A stretch of 64,000 bases of DNA. Origin: Eledone cirrhosa (taxonomy: Eukaryota). Under the pieces are notes generated by a model. It did no database searches. It saw only the letters and a program-made list of their open reading frames with translations, and was not told the DNA's origin. A program made the position numbers and the translations under genes. Location of the stretch: contig OZ024741.1 in NCBI GenBank assembly GCA_964016885.1, positions 414,904,001 through 414,968,000 of the forward strand. Direction: 5' to 3'. Shown in pieces: positions 54,898 to 64,000 of this stretch (within the stretch, counting starts at the first letter, position 1; every line of letters starts with the position of its first letter).

Positions 54898-56659
54898 CAA
54901 ACCAGCTGTATCTGCCCAGAATTCCCTCACCTCTTTCTATTCAAATCATCTGTATCTGACCAGCATTCCCTCACCTCTTTCTGTTCAAACCAGCTGTATC
55001 TGCCCAGAATTCTCTCACCTCTTTCTGTTCGAACCAGATGTATCTGCCCAGAATTCGCTCACCTCTTTCTGTTCAAACCAGCTGTATCTGCCCAGAATTC
55101 GCTCACCTCTTTCTGTTCAAACCAGCTGTATCTGCCCAGAATTCTCTCACCTCTTTCTGTTCGAACCAGATGTATCTGCCCAGAATTCCCTCACCTCTTT
55201 CTGTTCAAACCAGCTGTATCTGCCCAGAATTCTCTCACCTCTTTCTGTTCAAACCAGCTGTATCTTCCCAGAATTCCCTCACCTCTTTCTGTTCAAACCA
55301 GCTGTATCTGCCCAGAATTCGCTCACATCTTTCTATTCAAACCAGCTGTATCTGCCCAGAATTCGCTCACATCTTTCTATTCAAACCAGCTGTATCTGCC
55401 CAGAATTCGCTCACCTCTTTCTATTCAAACCAGCTGCATCTGACCAGAATTCTCTCACCTCTTTCTGTTCAAACCAGCTGTATCTGCCCAGAATTCTCAC
55501 ACCTCATTCTGTTTAAACAAGCCGTATCTGCCCAGAATTCCCTCACCTCTTTCAATTCAAACCAGCTGTATCTGACTAGAATTCTCTCACCTCTTTCTAT
55601 TCAAACCAGCTGTATCTGCCCAGAATTCTCTCACCTCTTTCTATTCAAACCAGCTGTATCTGACCAGAATTCTCTCACCTCTTTCTGTTCAAACCAGCTG
55701 TATCTGCCCAGAATTCTCTCACCTCTTTCTGTTCAAACCAGCTATATCTGATCAGAATTCTCTCACCTCTTTCTGTTCAAACCAGCTGTATCTGCCCAGA
55801 ATTCCCTCACCACTTTCTGTTTAAACCAGCTCTATCTGCCCAGAATTCCCTCACCTCTTTCTGTTCAAACTAGCTGTATCTGCCCAGAATTCCCTCACCT
55901 CTTTCTGTTTAAACCAGCTGTATCTGCCCAGAATTTTCTCACCTCTTTCTGTTCAAACCAGCTGTATCTGCCCAGAATTCCCTCACCTCTTTCTGTTCAA
56001 ACCAGCTGTATCTGCCCAGAATTCCCTCACCTCTTTCTGTTCAAACCAGCTGTATCTGCCCAGAATTCTCTTACCTCTTTCTGTTCAAACCAGCTGTATC
56101 TGCCCAGAATTCCCTCACCTCTTTCTGTTCAAACCCAGCTGTATCTGGCCAGAATTCCCTCACCTCTTTCTGTTTAAACCAGCTGTATCTGGCCAGAATT
56201 CTCTCACTTCTTTCTGTTCAAACCAGCTGTATCTGACCAGAATTCTCTCATCTCTTTCTGTTTAAACCAGCTGTATCTTACCAGAATTCTCTCACCTGTT
56301 TCTGTTCAAACCAGCTGTAACTGGCCAGAATTCTTTCACTTCTTTCTGTTCAAACCAGCTGTATCTGACCAGAATTCCCTCACCTCTTTCTGTTCAAACC
56401 AGCTGTATCTGACCAGAATTCTCTCACCTCATTCTGTTCAAACCAGCTGTATCTGTCCAGTATTGCCTCACATCTTTCTGTTCAAACCAGCCGTATCTGT
56501 CCAGAATTCCCTCACTTCTTTCTGTTTAAACCAGCTGTATCTGCCCAGAATTCCCTCACCTCTTTCTGTTCAAACCAGCTGTATCTGCCCAGAATTTTCT
56601 CACCTCTTTCTGTTCAAACCAGCTGTATCTGACCAGAATTCTCTCACCTCTTTCTGTTT

Positions 56660-57753
56660 AAACCAGCTGTATCTGCCCAGAATTCTCTCACCTGTTTCTG
56701 TTCAAATCAGATGTATCTGGTCAGAATTCCCTCACCGCTTTCTGTTCAAACCAGCTGTATCTGCCCAGAATTCCCTCACCTCTTTCTGTTTAAACCTTCT
56801 GTAAATGCCCAGAATTTTTACACCTCTTTCTGTTCAAACCAGCTGTATCTGCCCAGAATTCCCTCACTTCTTTCTGTTCAAACCAGCTCTATCTGCCCAG
56901 AATTCCCTCACCTCTTTCTGTTCAAACCAGCTGTATCTGCCCAGAATTCTCTCACTCCTTTCTGTTCAAACCAGCCATATCTGCCCAGAATTCCCTCACC
57001 TCTTTCTGTTCAAACCAGCTGTATCTGCCCAGAATTCCCTCACCTCTTTCTGTTTAAACCAGCTGTATCTGTCCAGAATTCCCTCACTTCTTTCTGTTCA
57101 AACCAGCTGTATCTGCCCAGAATTCCCTCACCTCTTTCTGTTCAAACCAGCTCTATCTGCCCAGAATTCCCGCACCTCTTTCTGTTCAAACCAGCTGTAT
57201 CTGCACAGAATTCTCTCACTCCTTTCTGTTCAAACCAGCTCTATCTGCCCAGAATTCCCTCACCTCTTTCTATTCAAACCAGCTGTATCTGCCCAGAATT
57301 CTCTCACTCCTTTCTGTTCAAACCAGCCATATCTGCCCAGAATTCCCTCACCTCTTTCTGTTCAAATCAGCTGTATCTGGTCAGAATTATCTCACTTCTT
57401 TCTGTTTAAACCAGCTGTATCTGGCCAGAATTCTCTCACTTCTTTCTGTTCAAACCAGCTGTATCTGACCAGAATTCCCTCACCTCTTTCTGTTCAAACC
57501 AGCTGTATCTGCCCAGAATTCTCTCACCTATTTCTGTTCAAACCAGCTGTATCTGGTCAGAATCCTCTTACTTCTTTCTGTTAAACCAGCTGTATCTGGC
57601 CAGAATTCTCTCACTTCTTTCTGTTCAAACCAACTGTATCTGCCCAGAATTCCCTCACCTCAATCTGTTTAAACCAGCTGTATATGCCCAGAATTTTCTC
57701 ACCTCTTTCTGTTCAAACCGGATGTATCTGCCCAGAATTCCCTCACCACTTTC
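56660..57753. repeat. First copy of a block of about 1.1 kb within the 44-bp satellite, duplicated at 62907-64000
   Basis: The same run of diagnostic variants recurs at offset 6247. ORFs 56711 and 62958 translate identically, and ORFs 56805 and 63052 differ at two residues. Confidence 0.93.
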
Positions 57754-60700
57754 TGTTCAAACCAGCTGTATCTGCCCAGAATTCCCTCACCTCTTTCTGT
57801 TCAAACCAGCTGTATCTGACCAGAATTCTCTTATCTCTTTCTGTTCAAACTAGCTGTATCTGCCCAGAATTCCCTCAACTCTTTCTGTTTAAACCAGCTA
57901 TATCTGGCCAGAATTCTCTCACTTGTTTCTGTTTAAACCAGCTGTATCTGACCAGAATTCTCTCACCTCTTTCTGTTCAAACCAGCTGTATCTGACCAGA
58001 ATTCCTTCTCCTCTTTCTGTTTAAACCATCTGTATCTGCCCAGAATTCTCTCACTTCTTTCTGTTCAAACCAGCTGTATCTGCCCAGAATTCCCTCACCG
58101 CTTTCTATTCAAAACAGCTGTATCTGCCCAGAATTCCCTCACTTCTTTCTGTTCAAACCAGCTGTATCTGCCCAGAATTCCCTCACCTCTTTCTGTTCAA
58201 ACCAGCTGTATCTGCCCAGAATTCCCTCACCTCTTTCTGTTCAAATCATCTGTATCTGCACAGAATTCTCTCACTTCTTTCTGTTCAAACCAGCCATATC
58301 TGCCCAGAATTCCCTCACCTCTTTCTGTTCAAACCAGATGTATCTGCCCAGAATTCCCTCACCTCTTTCTGTTCAAACCAGCTGTATATGCCCAGAATTC
58401 CCTCACTTCTTTCTGTTCAAACCAGCTCTATCTGACCAGCATTCCCTCACCTCTTTCTGTTCAAACCAGCTGTATCTGCCCAGAATTCCCTCACCTCTTT
58501 CTGTTCAAACCAGCTGTATCTGACCAGAATTCTCTTACCTCTTTCTGTTCAAACCAGCTGTATCTGCCCAGAATTCCCTCACCTCTTTCTGTTCAAACCA
58601 GCTGTATCTGACCAGAATTCTCTCACCTCTTTCTGTTTAAACCAGCTGTATCTGCCCAGAATTCTCTCACCTGTTTCTGTTTAAACCAGCTGTATCTGGC
58701 CAGAATTCTCTCACTTCTTTCTTTCAAACCAACTGTATCTGCCCAGAATTCCCTCACCTCTTTCTGTTCAAAATAGCTGTATCTGCCCAGAATTCCCTCA
58801 CCTCAATCTGTTTCAACCAGCTGTATATGCCCAGAATTTCCTGACCTCTTTCTGTTCAAACCAGCTGTATCTGCCCAGAATTCCATCACTTCTTTCTGTT
58901 CAAACCAGCTGTATCTGCCCAGAATTCCCTCACCTCTCTCTGTTCAAACCAGCCGTATCTAACCAGACTTCTCTTATCTCTTTCTGTTCAAACCAGCTGT
59001 ATCTGCCCACAATTCCCTCACCTCTTTCTGTTCAAACCAGCTGTATCTGGCCAGAATTCCCTCACCTCTTTCTGTTTAAACCAGCTGTATCTGGCCAGAA
59101 TTCTCTCACTTGTTTCTGTTCAAACCAGCTGTATCTGACCAGAATTCCCTCACCGCTTTCTGTTCAAACCAGCTGTATCTTCCCAGAATTCCCTCACTTC
59201 TTTCTGTTTAAACCTTCTGTACATGCCCAGAATTTTCTCACCACTTTCTGTTCAAACCAGCTGTATCTGCCGAGAATTCCCTCACTTCTTTCTGTTCAAA
59301 CCAGCTGTATCTGACCAGAATTCCCTCACCTCTTTCTGTTCAAACCAGCTGTATCTGACCAGAATTCTCTCACCTCATTCTGTTCAAACCAGCTGTATCT
59401 GCCCAGAATTCCCTCACCTCTTTCTGTTCAAACTAGCTGTATCTGCCCAGAATTTTCTCACCTCTTTCTGTTCAAACCAGCTGTATCTGGCCAGAATTCT
59501 CTCACTTCTTTCTGTTCAAACCAGCTGTATCTGACCAGAATTCTCTCACCTCTTTCTGTTTAAACCAGCTGTATCTGCCCAGAATTCCCTCACCTGTTTA
59601 TGTTCAAACCAGCTTTATCTGGTCAGAATTCTCTCACTTCTTTCCGTTTAAACCAGCTGTATCTGGCCAGATTTCTCTCACTTCTTTTTGTTCAAACCAG
59701 CTGTATCTGACCAGAATTCCCTCACCTCTTTCTGTTCAAACCAGCTGTGTCTGGTCAGAATTCCCTCACCTCTTTCTGTTCAAACCAGCTGTATCTGCCC
59801 AGAATTCCCTCACCTCTTTCTGTTCAAACCAGCTGTATCTGACCAGAATTCCCTCACCTCTTTCTTTTCAAACCAGCTGTATCTGACCAGAATTCTCTCA
59901 CCTCATTCTGTTCAAACCAGCTGTATCTGGCCAGAATTCTCTTACCTCTTTCTGTTCAAACCAGCTGTATATGCCCAGAATTCCCTCACCTCTTTCTGTT
60001 CAAACCAGCTGTATATGCCCAGAATTCCCTCACCTCTTTCTGTTCAAACCAGCTGTATATGCCCAGAATTCTCTCACCTGTTTCTGTTCAAACCAGCTGT
60101 ATCTGCCCAGAATTCCCTCACCACTTTCTGTTCAAACCAGCTGTATCTGCCCAGAATTCTCTTACCTCTTTCTGTTCAAACCAGCTGTATCTGGCCAGAA
60201 TTCTCTCACTTCTTTCTGTTCAAATCAGCTGTATCTGACCAGAATTCCCTCACCACTTTCTGTTCAAACCAGCTGTATCTGGTCAGAATTCCCTCACCAC
60301 TTTCTGTTCAAACCAGCTGTATATGCCCAGAATTCCCTCACCTCTTTCTGTTCAAACCAGCTGTATATGCCCAGAATTCTCTCACCTGTTTCTGTTCAAA
60401 CCAGCTGTATCTGCCCAGAATTCCCTCACCACTTTCTGTTCAAACCAGCTGTATCTGCCCAGAATTCTCTTACCTCTTTCTGTTCAAACCAGCTGTATCT
60501 GGCCAGAATTCTCTCACTTCTTTCTGTTCAAATCAGCTGTATCTGACCAGAATTCCCTCACCACTTTCTGTTCAAACCAGCTGTATCTGGTCAGAATTCT
60601 CTCACTTCTTTCTGTTTAAACCAGCTGTATCTGGCCAGAATTCCCCCACTTCTTTCTGTTCAAACCAGCTGTATCTGCCCAGAATTCCCTCACCTCTTTC

Positions 60701-62906
60701 TGTTCAAACCAGCCGTATCTGACCAGAATTCTCTCACCTATTTCTGTTCAAACCAGCCATATCTGCCCAGAATTCCCTCACCTCTTTCTGTTTAAACCAG
60801 CTGTATCTGGCCAGAATTCTCTCACTTGTTTCTGTTCAAACCAGCTGTATCTGACCAGAATTCCCTCACTTCTTTCTGTTCAAACCAGCTGTATCTGCCC
60901 AGAATTCCCTCACCTCTTTCTGTTCAAATCAGCTGTATCTGCCCAGAATTCTCTCACCTCATTCTGTTCAAACCAGCTGTATCTGTCCAGAATTCCCTCA
61001 CCTCTTTCTGTTCAAACCAGCCGTATCTGCCCAGAATTCCCTCACCTCTTTCTTTTCAAACCAGCTGTATCTGCCCAGAATTCCCTCACTTCTTTCTGTT
61101 CAAACCAGCTGTATCTGCCCAGAATTCCCTCACCTCTTTCTGTTCACAGCAGCTGTATCTGCCCAGAATTCCCTCACTTCTTTCTGTTCAAACCAGCTGT
61201 ATCTGCCCAGAATTCTCTCACCTGTTTATGTTCAAACCAGCTGTATCTGGTCAGAATTCTCTCACTTCTTTCTGTTTAAACCAGCTGTATCTGGCCAGAA
61301 TTCTCTCAATTTATTTCTGTTCAAACCAGCTGTATCTGACCAGAATTCTCTCACCTCTTTCTGTTCAAACCAGCTGTATCTGACCAGAATTCTCTCACTT
61401 CTTTCTGTTCGAACCAGCTGTATCTGCCCAGAATTCCCTCACCTCTTTCTGTTCAAACCAGCTGTATCTGCCCAGAATTCCCCCACTTCTTTCTGTTCAA
61501 ACCAGCTGTATCTGACCAGAATTCCCTCACCTCTTTCTGTTCAAACCAGCTGTATCTGACCAGAATTCTCTCACCTATTTCTGTTCAAACCAGCCATATC
61601 TGCCCAGAATTCCCCCACCTCTTTCTGTTCAAACCAGCTGTATCTGGCCAGAATTCCCTCACCTCTTTCTGTTGAAATCATCTGTATCTGCCCAGAATTC
61701 TCTCACTTCTTTTTGTTCAAACCAGCCATATCTGCCCAGAATTCCCTCACCTCTTTCTGTTCAAACCAGCTGTATCTGCCCAGAATTCCCCCACTTCTTT
61801 CTGTTCAAACCAGCTGTATCTGACCAGAATTCTCTCACTTCATTCTGTTCAACCCAGCTGTATCTGACCAGAATTCTCTCACCTCCTTCTGTTCAAACCA
61901 GCTGTATCTGCCCAGAATTCCCTCACTTCTTTCTGTTCAAACCAGCTGTATCTGCCCAGAAATCCCTCACCTCTTTCTGTTTAAACCAGCTGTATCTGGC
62001 CAGAATTCCCTCACTTCTTTCTGTTTAAACCAGCTGTATATGCCCAGAAGTTTCTCACCTCTTTCTGTTCAAACCAGCTGTATTTGCCCAGAATTCCCTT
62101 ACTTCTTTCTGTCCAAACCAGCTGTATCTGCCCAGAATTCCCTCACCTCTTTCTGTTCAAACCAGCTGTATCTGCCCAGAATTCCCTCACTTCTTTCTGT
62201 TCAAACCAGCTGTATCTGCCCAGAGTTCCCTCACCTCTTTCTGTTCAAACCAGCTGTATCTGCCCAGAATTCCCTCACTTCTTTCTGTTCAAACCAGCTC
62301 TATGTGACAAGCATTCCCTCACTTCTTTCTGTTCAAACCAGCTGTATCTGACCAGAATTCTCTTACCTCTTTCTGTTCAAACCAGCTGTATCTGGCCAGA
62401 ATTGCCTCACCTCTTTCTGTTTAAACCAGCTGTATCTGGCCTGAATTCTCTCACTTGTTTCTGTTCAAACCAGCTGTAACTGCCCAGAATTCTCTCACCT
62501 GTTTACGTTCAAACCAGCTGTATCTGGTCAGTATTCTCTCACTTATTTCCGTTTAAACCAGCTGTATCTGGCCAGATTTCTCTCACTTCTTTTTATTCAA
62601 ACCAGCTGTATATGACCAGAATTCTCTCACTTCTTTCTGTTCAAACCAGCTGTATCTGCCCAGAATTCCCTCACCTCTTTCTGTTCAAACCATCTGTATC
62701 TGACCAGAATTCCCTCTCCTCTTTCTGTTTAAACCATCTGTATCTGCCCAGAATTCTGTCATTTCTTTCTGTTCAAACCAGCTGTATCTGCCCAGAATTC
62801 CCTCACCTCTTTCTGTTTACACCTTCTGTATATGCCCAGAATTTTCTCACCTCTTTCTGTTCAAAGCAGCTGTATCTGACCAGAATTCCCTCACTTCTTT
62901 CTGTTC

Positions 62907-64000
62907 AAACCAGCTGTATCTGCCCAGAATTCTCTCACCTGTTTCTGTTCAAATCAGATGTATCTGGTCAGAATTCCCTCACCGCTTTCTGTTCAAACCA
63001 GCTGTATCTGCCCAGAATTCCCTCACCTCTTTCTGTTTAAACCTTCTGTAAATGCCCAGAATTTTTACACCTCTTTCTGTTCAAACCAGCTGTATCTGCC
63101 CAGAATTCCCTCACTTCTTTCTGTTCAAACCAGCTCTATCTGCCCAGAATTCCCTCACCTCTTTCTGTTCAAACCAGCTGTATCTGCCCAGAATTCTCTC
63201 ACTCCTTTCTGTTCAAACCAGCCATATCTGCCCAGAATTCCCTCACCTCTTTCTGTTCAAACCAGCTGTATCTGCCCAGAATTCCCTCACCTCTTTCTGT
63301 TTAAACCAGCTGTATCTGTCCAGAATTCCCTCACTTCTTTCTGTTCAAACCAGCTGTATCTGCCCAGAATTCCCTCACCTCTTTCTGTTCAAACCAGCTC
63401 TATCTGCCCAGAATTCCCTCACCTCTTTCTGTTCAAACCAGCTGTATCTGCCCAGAATTCTCTCACTCCTTTCTGTTCAAACCAGCTCTATCTGCCCAGA
63501 ATTCCCTCACCTCTTTCTATTCAAACCAGCTGTATCTGCCCAGAATTCTCTCACTCCTTTCTGTTCAAACCAGCCATATCTGCCCAGAATTCCCTCACCT
63601 CTTTCTGTTCAAATCAGCTGTATCTGGTCAGAATTATCTCACTTCTTTCTGTTTAAACCAGCTGTATCTGGCCAGAATTCTCTCACTTCTTTCTGTTCAA
63701 ACCAGCTGTATCTGACCAGAATTCCCTCACCTCTTTCTGTTCAAACCAGCTGTATCTGCCCAGAATTCTCTCACCTATTTCTGTTCAAACCAGCTGTATC
63801 TGGTCAGAATCCTCTTACTTCTTTCTGTTAAACCAGCTGTATCTGGCCAGAATTCTCTCACTTCTTTCTGTTCAAACCAACTGTATCTGCCCAGAATTCC
63901 CTCACCTCAATCTGTTTAAACCAGCTGTATATGCCCAGAATTTTCTCACCTCTTTCTGTTCAAACCGGATGTATCTGCCCAGAATTCCCTCACCACTTTC
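62907..64000. repeat. Second copy of the 1.1 kb block (runs off the window end)
   Basis: It matches 56660-57753, including AAACCTTCTGTAAATG, AATTTTTACAC, GAATTATCTC, AATCCTCTTAC with its 1-bp deletion, and AAACCGGATG. Confidence 0.93.

Larger units (their letters stand above)
54896..64000. repeat. 44-bp tandem satellite, about 207 copies, pyrimidine-rich on the + strand, truncated at the window end
   Basis: The consensus is TTCAAACCAGCTGTATCTGCCCAGAATTC(C/T)CTCACCTCTTTCTG. Most units contain CAGCTG and GAATTC. It is more diverged than the other two arrays and has a few 1-2 bp indels. Confidence 0.99.

Noticed and set aside
54827-63831. Many overlapping Cys/Pro/Phe-rich ORFs
   Set aside because: The 44-bp unit cycles through all three frames, giving the same 44-aa pattern in each. 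Stops arise at random from TGA/TAA variants, and there is no coding signal.
54896-64000. Common origin of the 44-mer and the reverse complement of the 59-mer (TGTTCAA-ACCAGCTGTATCT vs TGTTCAAGTACCAACTTATTCT)
   Set aside because: The match is short, gapped and depends on a minor variant. The rest of the units do not align, so it is likely chance.
54896-64000. Regulatory array of E-boxes (CAGCTG) or meaningful EcoRI/PvuII sites
   Set aside because: A 6-mer present in the founder monomer is multiplied automatically. These sites mutate as freely as neighbouring bases.

Overview
This is a gene-free, eukaryote-like (probably cephalopod/octopus) window made almost entirely of three adjacent tandem arrays. 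(1) A 59-bp satellite covers 1-51183 (about 867.5 copies, open at the left edge). It shows no net indels and has nested higher-order block duplications. (2) A 45-bp minisatellite at 51181-53655 (55 copies) is the amplified CORE-like segment of a SINE whose single-copy 3' part follows directly. (3) A 44-bp satellite at 54896-64000 (about 207 copies, open at the right edge) starts inside a piggyBac-like TTAA-CCCT terminus. The roughly 1.2 kb between the last two arrays holds the SINE tail, a second truncated tRNA-derived head with a perfect B box, and a (CAT/CAC)n microsatellite. All listed ORFs are best explained as by-products of the repeats. I see no CRISPR array, RNA gene or credible CDS. 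The most interesting signal is that at least two, and possibly all three, arrays appear to have arisen in place from short pieces of transposable elements. Family and organism assignments come from my recall of consensus sequences, not from a database search.
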